Source: Alphaproteobacteria bacterium
Lineage (GTDB): Bacteria > Pseudomonadota > Alphaproteobacteria > CAAHEQ01 > UBA3637
Assembly (NCBI GenBank): GCA_045611665.1
Contig: JAZKXP010000068.1
Span: 1-57,211, forward strand
DNA: 57,211 nt
Reading direction: 5' to 3'
The stretch's first letter is position 1, and each line of letters opens with the position of its first letter. Positions 29,320-38,591 of the stretch are shown here, one piece after another. A program made the position numbers and the translations under genes. The notes under the pieces are model-generated. The model saw only the letters and a program-made list of their open reading frames with translations. It did no database searches and was not told the DNA's origin.

Positions 29320-31107
29320 ATGGATTTTATTAATCTGCCGATTTTGTTGTTCAGCGTTTTACTGGGCGTGAGCGTTTTAACCAGTTTGGTCAGTTTTCGT
29401 ATTGGTGTTCCTTTAATTTTATTATTTTTGTGCATCGGGTTATTGGCGGGGGAAGCCGGATTGTCTTTATTGGATGAAATGCGTAATCCGCGAGCAGCCT
29501 TTTTTATCGGATCTGTTGCCTTGGCTCTTATTTTGTTTGACAGCGGGTTTCATACGCGAACGACGGGATATAAACAGATTTTTTTGCCGTCATTTTTGTT
29601 GGCAACCGTTGGGGTTATATTGACGGCCGTTTTGTTGGCGCCGATTGCAAAAGAGGTTTTGTCTATCGGATGGTTGCCGGCGTTGTTGTTGGCATCAATT
29701 ATCAGCTCTACGGATTCTGCTGCTGTTTTCTTTTTGTTGAGATCTCAAGGCGTTTTCATTCGTGAAAAAGTTAAATCAACTTTAGAGGTTGAATCCGGCG
29801 CCAATGATCCTATGGCGATTTTTTTAACGTTATCCTTTATTACCTTGTTGGTTCAAATTCAAACAACACAACACGCCGATTATTTTGACCTTCTTCCGAC
29901 ATTTGCCAATCAATTGTTGGTTGGTCTTTTGGGAGGAATAGCCTTGGGCATCGGAATGAAAAAAGTGGTACAAAAAGTGTCTTTAGAGGCGGCATTGTAT
30001 CCTATTTTTATTTTGGCAGTGACGTTAGGCGGGTTTGCCGTGATTAATATGATGGGGGGGAGTGGTTTTTTGGCCGTTTATTTGGCCGGATTAATTTTGG
30101 GAAATGCAAAAATACAAGCTCATACACAAATATCTAAATTTCAACAAACATTGACTTGGTTGTCACAGATTACATTGTTTATTACTTTGGGATTATTTGT
30201 ATCCGGCGAAACCTTAATTTCGGCGTTTGTTCCCGGATTTTTGATTGGATTCGGTCTGATTTTTATTGCGCGCCCGATTGCTGTTTGGATGGTGCTGAGT
30301 TTCTTTAAAACATATACCGCCAGGGAAAAAATATTTATTTCGGCGGTTGGGCTGAGAGGGGCAACCTCTATTTTGTTGGCTTTAGCGCCGATCGTATATG
30401 GATTGGGATACGCAGAACATTTTTTTGATATTATTTTTGTGATGGTGTTATTTTCTTTGGCTTTCCAAGGCTTTTTAATTCCGTCTTTGGCAAAGTGGTG
30501 TAATTTGGTTGTCCCAAAACTGAGCCGACCTCCGGAAAAAATGCAAATTGATTTACCGGGGTTGCCGGACAGCTCTTTGATTGCTTATGAGTTGACGGAT
30601 GAAACCCCCGTTGTGTTAGGCAGAGAAATTCCAAAATGGGCAAAACCGGTTTTATTAATCAGAGATGGTATTACTTATACGGCATCTAATATTCGCAGTT
30701 TAAAGCCGAATGACAAAGTGTATGTGTTTTCTTATACCGATACACGCAGACACATGCTGGATACCTTATATGGCGGCGGACAAATGCCTGAGGCAGACGA
30801 AATTTTGGGTGATTTTCCGATTGAATCGACAACAACGTTTGGTGATTTGGAACGTATGTATGGTATTACGATAGATTCTTCTGTAAAAAACGAGTGTATT
30901 TTGGATGTTATGCGCAAGGGCGGTGAAGATTTTGAGGTCGGGGACAGATTGTCTTTAAATGGGATTGACATTGTTGTGCGGGCTGTAGAAGATTGTTGCC
31001 CAACCGAACTGGGATTAGATATTGATCCGGATAGAGCTCATGCTTTTACAACCCGAAAACGGTTATTACAAAAAATAATAAATAAAAAAAGGTTGACAAA
31101 GTTTTAA
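29320..31107 (+). CDS. cvrA: K+/H+ antiporter NhaP2/CvrA
   Basis: SSTDSAAVF, LEVESGANDPMA, ARP, GLRGA, C-terminal cytoplasmic domains. Confidence 0.9.
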   Translation: MDFINLPILLFSVLLGVSVLTSLVSFRIGVPLILLFLCIGLLAGEAGLSLLDEMRNPRAAFFIGSVALALILFDSGFHTRTTGYKQIFLPSFLLATVGVILTAVLLAPIAKEVLSIGWLPALLLASIISSTDSAAVFFLLRSQGVFIREKVKSTLEVESGANDPMAIFLTLSFITLLVQIQTTQHADYFDLLPTFANQLLVGLLGGIALGIGMKKVVQKVSLEAALYPIFILAVTLGGFAVINMMGGSGFLAVYLAGLILGNAKIQAHTQISKFQQTLTWLSQITLFITLGLFVSGETLISAFVPGFLIGFGLIFIARPIAVWMVLSFFKTYTAREKIFISAVGLRGATSILLALAPIVYGLGYAEHFFDIIFVMVLFSLAFQGFLIPSLAKWCNLVVPKLSRPPEKMQIDLPGLPDSSLIAYELTDETPVVLGREIPKWAKPVLLIRDGITYTASNIRSLKPNDKVYVFSYTDTRRHMLDTLYGGGQMPEADEILGDFPIESTTTFGDLERMYGITIDSSVKNECILDVMRKGGEDFEVGDRLSLNGIDIVVRAVEDCCPTELGLDIDPDRAHAFTTRKRLLQKIINKKRLTKF

Positions 31108-31150
31108 AATGTGATAAAATAAAGGTATAATCGTAAAAAAGGAGAGTATC

Positions 31151-32296
31151 ATGTCTAAAGAAACAGTTAATTCGGCTAATTCATCTACAACTTCTTCGCG
31201 TCACAAAAGAACGCCCAGACCGGAACAAACAACTGCGAGCACTCGTTCTGCGAATGTTCAGCAGAAACAATCCGGCGGCAAAGGAGTTCTTTATACATTG
31301 GCAGGATTGGCTATTGGGGCCGGTGCCGTTTACGGATATAATGAATGGCAAGAAGACAGAGGTGATAAAGGGGGTCCTCAAACCGAGCCAGCCGTTGTGC
31401 AACCGGTTGAAAAGCCGATGGTCTGTCCTCAATTTAATCCGACACAGATTAATGGTACGGCAGATGAATGGCGTTCTCATGCCGATGTAGCACGTGGATT
31501 AGGCAGTGTTCATTTTGGTTTTTCACGAGAATTAAACAAAGTTATTGCCAATGAAGCCCGTTCTTTTATGATTGAAACAGGGGATATCAGTAAAGCAGAA
31601 TGTTTAAGAGATACATGTAGTGCTTTGATTCAATCTTATAAATTTGATGCCGAACATCCTTGGATTGGACAAGATAACAATCAAACGCGGTTATCCAGTC
31701 GTTTTCCGAAAACAGTACGTGTTGCTACTCAGGATTTATATGGTTCCGCTTCTTTGAAAAAACAAGAAGTTCCATGCGGACGTATTGTTCATGCAACCAT
31801 TTTAAGAACAAAAGCTTTGGCCGCTAACTTGAATGGATATTCTAAAGACGAAGCAGCCCAGTTATTGGATACATTTGGTCCTTTGATGGTGGAGCCGGAT
31901 TTGGCTAAAAAAGCGGCAGAGGCGTCTTTAGACAATCCCGAGCAAACCGCTTTTAAATTGGCTGATGTTTACGATAGGACAGCCGATATTTTACAAAGCC
32001 GGTCGGATGTATCGGCGCATCAGGCCACATGTTTGGCGGTCAGAAAGGTTTTCGGGGAAACTGAAGCCAGAATCGATCCGCTGGCCTTTTATTCGTATTC
32101 ACAAACGATGAGTCAAATGAATGGGAAAACAAGATCGGCTGTGATTGGTTCTTTACAGGCAAATGCCAATACCATTAAAAGCGATGCCACATCTTGGTCG
32201 GATGTGATTGGTAAATATTCCGGCTGGTTGTTATTGGGTGGTGGCGCGTTGGCGGCTATGGCAGCAATTAAAATGACGAAAAAATCCGGAAAATAA
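31151..32296 (+). CDS. Hypothetical protein with N- and C-terminal membrane segments
   Basis: AGGAG RBS; TTGACA-16-TAAAAT at 31093-31120; hydrophobic segments near both ends. Confidence 0.7.
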   Translation: MSKETVNSANSSTTSSRHKRTPRPEQTTASTRSANVQQKQSGGKGVLYTLAGLAIGAGAVYGYNEWQEDRGDKGGPQTEPAVVQPVEKPMVCPQFNPTQINGTADEWRSHADVARGLGSVHFGFSRELNKVIANEARSFMIETGDISKAECLRDTCSALIQSYKFDAEHPWIGQDNNQTRLSSRFPKTVRVATQDLYGSASLKKQEVPCGRIVHATILRTKALAANLNGYSKDEAAQLLDTFGPLMVEPDLAKKAAEASLDNPEQTAFKLADVYDRTADILQSRSDVSAHQATCLAVRKVFGETEARIDPLAFYSYSQTMSQMNGKTRSAVIGSLQANANTIKSDATSWSDVIGKYSGWLLLGGGALAAMAAIKMTKKSGK

Positions 32297-32318
32297 AGGA
32301 AAAAAACATTGGATAAGA

Positions 32319-32350
32319 AAAAAGAGTAACTGATTTCGGTTACTCTTTTT
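32319..32350. terminator. Bidirectional terminator
   Basis: AAAAAGAGTAAC-tgatttcg-GTTACTCTTTTT between convergent genes. Confidence 0.75.
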
Positions 32351-32370
32351 GACATGTTAAAATAAACAGG

Positions 32371-33951
32371 CTATCCGTTTAATTCTTTAATACATTCGTC
32401 GTACATTTCCTGAACTGCTTGTTCAAAGGAGTGTGTGAATTTTTCTGTATTAAACAAAGGAGCTTTTTCAATTTTCTTGGTGACTTTTTCGCGTAGATTT
32501 TTTAAGGCCCCCGGTGTTGTACACAGTGTTACGACTTTTTCTTCGTATTCTTGAATATTTTTACAAATCAGTTCGGGCATTTCTAAGGCACTCAACAATG
32601 CGCCTCCTACACGGCTGGGATAAGTTGTACCGGGGCAAGTAATGACCGGACATCCCATAAACAAAGCCTCCATTCCGGTTGTATGCGCATTATAAATTTC
32701 TGTATCCAACAATAAATCCGCGATTTTATAGCGTGCTAAGTGTTCATCGTGCGGCACAAATTTCGAATGGACAATACGGTCTTTTTCAATACCGCGTTTT
32801 TCAAATTCTTTATCGATATTATCTTCCAAAATTTGAGAGTTACCATAGAACCATAAAACCGCCTTTGGTACCCGTTTTAAAATTCGAGCCCATAAATCGA
32901 AATAGGTCGGTGTGAACTTATAGGTATTATTAAAACAACACAAAACGATGGTGTCTGATTTAAATCCCATGTGTTTGCGCAGAGGTTTTCCTTGCGGTAA
33001 TTCAATATTGTGATCAATTAACCAACGAGCTGGTTCCAAATACTTTAATGTTTCGTGATAGTACTTTTCTTCACCGGGCAAAATGCTGAATTTATCCACA
33101 AAGTGATAATCAATGCCCGGCACTCCGCCCATTGTTCCGATATATCCTAAAAATGTTCCTTGAGCCGGTGCCGGTTGATATGTCATAATGCCCAATCGAT
33201 TAAAGCTGGTAAAGCCATTCATATCCACCAAAACATCGATTTTGTCTTCAAAAATTCTTTCGGCGGCGGCTTTATCGTTTAACTTGTCCAGTTGGACGAT
33301 TGTCATATCCTTAATGCTATAGATGCGTTTGCTGGGATAAGAGTCTAATTCCGGATGAATATCGTACAGATACACATCAAATTTATCCCGATTCAATCGT
33401 TCAAAAAATTCCCCAATGACAAAACCGGTCGGATGAGGGCGAATATCGGCGCACAAAAAGCCCAGCTTAATTTTTTTGGGATTTCGTTTTCTGTCATCAA
33501 AAGAAAACGGACATGGTTTTAAACGCAATTCGGGCGCTTCCGATACAAAAGCCCGTAACGCTTTGTACCGTTGTTCATTGCTCAGCGGTAAGTGAGCCCC
33601 GATAAAAAACGGATTGACTTGCCCGCTGTTCAACACATCCGGACGCATAAAATAATTCGTGTCACGTTCCAAAGTATCCCAAAAAACAAAGTTTTTTTCC
33701 AATTCAAATAAACGCGACCGAATATCCATGGGCGTGTCCTCACCATATAATTCAACGATGCGGTTTAATGCCCGATAAGCATTGACTTTTTTACCCATGT
33801 ATCCATAGATTGCAGACACAGCATTTAACGCCTTTAATGTTTTTGGGGCGATTTCCAATACTTTTTGATATTCGGCCAGCGCCTCAACTAACATTCGTCG
33901 GCGCAAATAAATGCCGGCTTGTTCCATATGTTGATCAAATTTACTTGCCAT
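32371..33951 (-). CDS. GT41 protein glycosyltransferase (OGT/SPINDLY-like) with short TPR region
   Basis: TPR-like N-terminus; KLGFLCADIRPHP, DVLVDMNGFT, PAPAQGTFLGY, CFNNTYK, DTEIYNAHTTGMEALFMG.PVIT, SRVG. Confidence 0.9.
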   Translation of the reverse strand: MASKFDQHMEQAGIYLRRRMLVEALAEYQKVLEIAPKTLKALNAVSAIYGYMGKKVNAYRALNRIVELYGEDTPMDIRSRLFELEKNFVFWDTLERDTNYFMRPDVLNSGQVNPFFIGAHLPLSNEQRYKALRAFVSEAPELRLKPCPFSFDDRKRNPKKIKLGFLCADIRPHPTGFVIGEFFERLNRDKFDVYLYDIHPELDSYPSKRIYSIKDMTIVQLDKLNDKAAAERIFEDKIDVLVDMNGFTSFNRLGIMTYQPAPAQGTFLGYIGTMGGVPGIDYHFVDKFSILPGEEKYYHETLKYLEPARWLIDHNIELPQGKPLRKHMGFKSDTIVLCCFNNTYKFTPTYFDLWARILKRVPKAVLWFYGNSQILEDNIDKEFEKRGIEKDRIVHSKFVPHDEHLARYKIADLLLDTEIYNAHTTGMEALFMGCPVITCPGTTYPSRVGGALLSALEMPELICKNIQEYEEKVVTLCTTPGALKNLREKVTKKIEKAPLFNTEKFTHSFEQAVQEMYDECIKELNG

Positions 33952-33960
33952 ATTTTTCTC

Positions 33961-36378
33961 CTATTTTTTACAAACGGCGGCAATTGCTTCTTCATCTGAT
34001 TCATAATAATAGAACGAACCATAGTTACAACCACAATCGGCATATACAGTGCCATAAGGTGCATCTAATCTATGCAGTTGTTCGCCTGTACAACCATAGT
34101 TTGGTGTGTAACACATTGCGGCAATTGCTTCATCATCAGAAGAATATCTGCCCGATGCCTTTTTACAGAAACATTCTTCTTTTACAATCCATAATGAGTC
34201 ATTTGATAAAGCGCGCGCTAATTGATTGTTCGTATCCGCACAGAAATAGTCACCACCTTTTTGACATAAGGCGTCAATTGCTTGGCTATCTGATGAGAAG
34301 TAGCCTCCAGTTGTACAAGAACAAGAGCTTACATAGCTGTTACCTGGTCTGTATATGAAGTTCCCAGTAGAACAGATATAGTGTATACCACCTGTACACA
34401 TTGCTGCAATAGCTTCATCATCAGATGAATAATAGCCGCCGTTTGTGCACAGACAACTTGTTACATGCTCACCATTATTTTTGTATATGAAAGCATTTGT
34501 GGAGCAACCATAATGTTGATTTTGACACATAGCCTCGATGGCCTCTTCATTGGAATCATAATAAGTCGTTGAACCGCTACAATTACAAGTGGTAACATGA
34601 TACCATCCTCCAGTGCTGTCATAAACCTGTAGGTTGTTATTATAACATTGGTATAAAGGCCCACCTGCTTCCTCACACATCGCTGCAATGGCTTCTTCGT
34701 CTGAGCCGTAATAACCCTCCTTATTCGTATCGCATTGACAATTAATTAAATTTGTACTGTTATTTTTAACAATAAAATCACTTCCATGACCTCCATCAAA
34801 ACCAGAGCATGTATACATATCCCTGGATGTTGGTGTTACAGTTTGTGTTTGAGTCACTGTTTCGAATTGACTCATCGCTTCAATCGCTTCTTGGTCTGAG
34901 TTAAAAATTGCAGATGTTGTTGCACAGTTATATGTACCGTAGAATATGTAATAATCCTGACCCCAAGCGTCTCTGTATATACCATTTTCAGAACAAAAAT
35001 AATATGTACTTGAACACATTTGGGCAATAGCATCTTCATCGGAGGCGTAGTAAGAATCGTAGTTGTTGTTGCTACAGAAACAATTGTAATGAAAATCTTG
35101 GTTATTAGTGTCTAAACCATATATAAAACCACCTGCAGAACATGTATAATGTTTTGGAGTGTTTTGACACATTGCGGCGATGGCCTCTTCGTCGGAATCA
35201 TAATAAGCCGTTGAACCACTGACACAAGCGCAAGAGCTAACATACGCAGATTGTCCATTATTAAGTGCTTTTCTTAGTTCAGATGGATTACAATAATAGT
35301 ATGAGGGATCCTCTGGATTTGGCGTTGTAGCATCTTCCTCTTCTTCACACATTGCCGCAATAGCCTCTGCATCGGCATAGAAAACACCTGTTGATCCAGC
35401 AACAATACAATCACAAACGGTAACACCCGTCCATACAGAACCATTTAATACAAGTAGATTATCAGATGTGCATTTATATTCCATGCTAGAACACATCGCC
35501 GCAATGGCTTCTTCATCCGAGTCATAAAAACTTGTTGCACCAGAACAATTACACCACTCTCGCACCCATCCCCCATCGGTTCCCAATCCGATTCCATCTG
35601 TGTTCCCACTACAAAAATAATAAGGCCTATTCGTACACATTTCGTTAATTGCCTCTTCATCAGAATCATAATAAGCTGTTTTAGTTACACAAAAACACTC
35701 ACTATTATGATATATCGTCGGACCAATATAATCTCCCCTCTTTATTGTATGTACAGAGCAATAATACTCTCTTTCTGTACACATCGCGGCGATGGCCTCT
35801 TCGTCTGAATCGTAATAAAACTCTTCATCAGATTCGCTACAATTGCAAGTCGCTACCTTTCCCGATTTGTTTTGAATAGTACCATTCTCACACCAATAAA
35901 AGCCGCCCTCGTCAAGCGCATCCGACAAAACGTTTGTGTCAAAAATAAAGGAAATGGCATTTTCGTCATCGGAAGTACAGCTGACACTGCCCGGTGTGCA
36001 GTCGGTTCCGATAAACAATTTTAATTCGTCGATATAGTGATTATCATCGGCCATGTCTGTAAAGTTTTCACACACACCTTTGGGTAAGCCGGCCATATTA
36101 ACCGCATAACCCGATGAACACATAACGGCTGTGGCCAGATAAGAGCTGTTTAATTGATCAATGGTATCTTGTACACTGGCTAAGGTTAAGTTGTTATTTA
36201 GCAATAACGCTTGAGTCAAAACTGTCGTCCGGTTTAAAAAATCGGTAATGTCGTTGGTTCTGTGTTTGGTTATTGCGGTATTAAATCCCGCGATACCGCC
36301 AACAGACAACACGCCAATAATGGCAAGCGTTCCCAGCATTTCAATCATAGACCGACCGGTTTGTGTGTTTTTCTTCAT
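33961..36378 (-). CDS. Type IV pilin/pseudopilin-like protein with 13 tandem Cys-rich repeats (805 aa)
   Basis: AGGAG RBS before ATG 36378; class III-like leader MKKNTQTG|RSMIEMLGTLAIIGVLSVGG; repeats ending YYxSDEEAIAAMC. Confidence 0.85.
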   Translation of the reverse strand: MKKNTQTGRSMIEMLGTLAIIGVLSVGGIAGFNTAITKHRTNDITDFLNRTTVLTQALLLNNNLTLASVQDTIDQLNSSYLATAVMCSSGYAVNMAGLPKGVCENFTDMADDNHYIDELKLFIGTDCTPGSVSCTSDDENAISFIFDTNVLSDALDEGGFYWCENGTIQNKSGKVATCNCSESDEEFYYDSDEEAIAAMCTEREYYCSVHTIKRGDYIGPTIYHNSECFCVTKTAYYDSDEEAINEMCTNRPYYFCSGNTDGIGLGTDGGWVREWCNCSGATSFYDSDEEAIAAMCSSMEYKCTSDNLLVLNGSVWTGVTVCDCIVAGSTGVFYADAEAIAAMCEEEEDATTPNPEDPSYYYCNPSELRKALNNGQSAYVSSCACVSGSTAYYDSDEEAIAAMCQNTPKHYTCSAGGFIYGLDTNNQDFHYNCFCSNNNYDSYYASDEDAIAQMCSSTYYFCSENGIYRDAWGQDYYIFYGTYNCATTSAIFNSDQEAIEAMSQFETVTQTQTVTPTSRDMYTCSGFDGGHGSDFIVKNNSTNLINCQCDTNKEGYYGSDEEAIAAMCEEAGGPLYQCYNNNLQVYDSTGGWYHVTTCNCSGSTTYYDSNEEAIEAMCQNQHYGCSTNAFIYKNNGEHVTSCLCTNGGYYSSDDEAIAAMCTGGIHYICSTGNFIYRPGNSYVSSCSCTTGGYFSSDSQAIDALCQKGGDYFCADTNNQLARALSNDSLWIVKEECFCKKASGRYSSDDEAIAAMCYTPNYGCTGEQLHRLDAPYGTVYADCGCNYGSFYYYESDEEAIAAVCKK
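33964..35901 (-). repeat. 13 intragenic 41-65 aa repeats: YxC-variable-CxC-x-YYxSDEEAIAAMC
   Basis: Counted directly in the translation. Confidence 0.9.
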
Positions 36379-36423
36379 CAGCAAGCTCCTTGGTAAGGTA
36401 TAAATTTTTTTACAATCTAAGCA

Positions 36424-36581
36424 TAAACCAACGTTTAAATCAACCACTTTTTTTATAACTTTCATATTTTTCTTTTTTTACACACAAATGATTAAAATCG
36501 TAATAAAATCAAATAATTCAAGATTGATATAAAATTAGTACGTTTTTGGGTAAAATCAATGTGGGCATAAACGTTCCTTTA
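36424..36581. promoter_or_regulatory. Imperfect inverted repeats resembling Mpi recombination cores, flanking 130 bp of divergent promoter DNA
   Basis: TAAACCAACGTTTA (36424-36437) and TAAACGTTCCTTTA (36568-36581) are 12/14 complementary. Confidence 0.35.
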
Positions 36582-36617
36582 AATAAACCGTTTTTCCATA
36601 AAATTAGGAGGTTATAA

Positions 36618-37220
36618 ATGGCAATTATCGGTTATATCAGAGTTTCAACAGACAAACAAACCTGTGAACATCAAAAATATGAAATTAAACAATTCGCAAA
36701 AGCTCAAAAAGTCAAAATTACGTATTGGTTAGAAGAAACTATTTCATCCAGAAAATCTTTAGATAAAAGAAAATTAGGAAAATTACTTCAAAGTATGAAA
36801 GCCGGAGATATCCTGATTTCTTGTGAAATATCTCGTCTGGGGCGTTCTATGTTGGAAGTGATGCGGATATTGGAAACTTGTTTAAACAAAGAATGTCAAG
36901 TATGGACAATCAAGGAAAATTTCAGATTGGGAGCGGATATCAGTTCGAAAGTCATGGCTTTTGCTTTTGGTATATCAGCCGAAATCGAACGCAGTTTAAT
37001 ATCTCAACGCACAAAATCATCACTGGCAAATATAAAAGCCAGCGGTAAAAAGCTCGGTCGGCCATTTTCCGCAACCAGTAAGAAGTTGAAACTGTCCAAA
37101 AATACAAAACGGGTCAAAAAGTTGTTAGATAAAGGCCTCTCAAAGGCTCAAATCGCCAGAATTATGGAGGTCGAACGCACAACTTTACGACGTTTTATGT
37201 TCAGACAGGGGTGGTGTTAA
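36618..37220 (+). CDS. mpi: Serine recombinase, Mpi (multiple promoter invertase) family
   Basis: GYIRVSTDKQT, W.EETIS, SRLGRS, KECQVWTIKENFRLG.DI.SKV.AFAFG.SAEIERSLISQRTK, LGRP, C-terminal HTH; matches the Bacteroides Mpi pattern as recalled. Confidence 0.8.
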   Translation: MAIIGYIRVSTDKQTCEHQKYEIKQFAKAQKVKITYWLEETISSRKSLDKRKLGKLLQSMKAGDILISCEISRLGRSMLEVMRILETCLNKECQVWTIKENFRLGADISSKVMAFAFGISAEIERSLISQRTKSSLANIKASGKKLGRPFSATSKKLKLSKNTKRVKKLLDKGLSKAQIARIMEVERTTLRRFMFRQGWC

Positions 37221-37268
37221 GTGAGCCATTGTCTTAAAACAGGCAAAACGGGCCGAGCTATTAGTTTT

Positions 37269-38591
37269 CTAGTCATTCTCATGCACTAAAATAACATGAT
37301 GACCAGAGGCGGAGATTTTTTCCGCCAGCATTTGGGCTTTACTGATACACTCTTCCGACGTGATACCGAAAATGAGTTTAAGATCATCTAAATTAATCAC
37401 AATCGGAGTAATACAAAATAATGAACTCACGCGTTTTAAATCCTCACCGGATTTGACCCAATGAATACTGCCTAAAGGTATATTTGTCGTAGTTGTTTGT
37501 CCGTTTCCGGTAAAGACAAGGCACCCAATCGTTTTTTTTGAAAGACCGTCAATTAATATGCCAAAGCCATTCGATTTTATGTCTTCTATATTGTTAAAGA
37601 AAATAGGTTCGTTTAACTCTAAAATATGTTCAGACATTTTGTTCACTCGAACAATATTCGTTCCGTGTTTTAACCACATTTCCTGTGTCGGAGCATCAAA
37701 CCATATTGTTTTGTGCTTAATAATATGAGAGGAAATCAGCGGGATATTTGAAATGCAAAAACCGGTCCCAATATCGATATTTTCTTTTATTTGCACACAT
37801 CCGTATGACACAATATCCGAAACCGTTATTTTTAAATGGTTGGGATACACCGTGTAAACGGAGCCTTTTTCCGGTTCGGTTGTCGTCAGTATTTTACCAT
37901 AATAATATCGTTTGTCTTGGTGTAATCGAGCCGAAGAAATGTGCATAATCATATGTTGTTCTATCTTTTTTTCCGACAGTGATATTTTGGCATTTTCAAC
38001 TAATACAGACAAAACTTTATCAATATTATATCCGGTAACGGCAGAAACCGGAATAATCGTATAATCAAAAGTATAATGCGCCAATAATTCTTGAACTTGA
38101 TGCGTTAAATCCTCTATTTTTTGTAAGGCTCGAACGACATCCGATAAAATTAAATCACATTTTGTCAAACAGACACAAATTCTTTTTAATTGAAATAAAG
38201 AGCAAATGCGAATATGTTCCTTTGTTTGTTCCGAAATCCCTTTTTGACAATCAATAACAACGATTGCCATATCTGTTTCAGCCGCTGCAATCGCCATATT
38301 TTTTGTATATTGTACATGGCCGGGGCAATCCAATATATGAAAACGAATGTCCGAATAATCAAAATACCGATGAGCTACATCAATGGTGATTTGTTGTTGT
38401 CTTTCTTCTATTAACCCATCCAAAAGAGCAGACAATTCTAATCTGTTCTCTCCCGTTTGTTTGGAAAAACGTTCGGCTTCTTCTAACTGATCTTTTTTGA
38501 CGTTACCAGTGTCTAATAATAAACGTCCGATTAGTGTGGACTTACCGTCATCTACATTTCCACAACAAATGAATTTAAAAATTCCGTCCAT
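37269..38591 (-). CDS. cysN: Sulfate adenylyltransferase subunit 1 with a short degenerate C-terminal (CysC-like) tail
   Basis: CGNVDDGKSTLIGRLL, ERQQQITIDVAHRYF, DCPGH.QYT.NM, TKCD, PVSA..G.NI. Confidence 0.88.
   Translation of the reverse strand: MDGIFKFICCGNVDDGKSTLIGRLLLDTGNVKKDQLEEAERFSKQTGENRLELSALLDGLIEERQQQITIDVAHRYFDYSDIRFHILDCPGHVQYTKNMAIAAAETDMAIVVIDCQKGISEQTKEHIRICSLFQLKRICVCLTKCDLILSDVVRALQKIEDLTHQVQELLAHYTFDYTIIPVSAVTGYNIDKVLSVLVENAKISLSEKKIEQHMIMHISSARLHQDKRYYYGKILTTTEPEKGSVYTVYPNHLKITVSDIVSYGCVQIKENIDIGTGFCISNIPLISSHIIKHKTIWFDAPTQEMWLKHGTNIVRVNKMSEHILELNEPIFFNNIEDIKSNGFGILIDGLSKKTIGCLVFTGNGQTTTTNIPLGSIHWVKSGEDLKRVSSLFCITPIVINLDDLKLIFGITSEECISKAQMLAEKISASGHHVILVHEND

Noticed and set aside
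36379-36465. 29-aa N-terminal extension of the pilin ORF
   Set aside because: The AGGAG RBS and short prepilin leader place the start at 36378.
36618-37220. Tn3-type transposon resolvase
   Set aside because: No transposase or terminal inverted repeats nearby; the sequence fits the Mpi invertase subfamily better.
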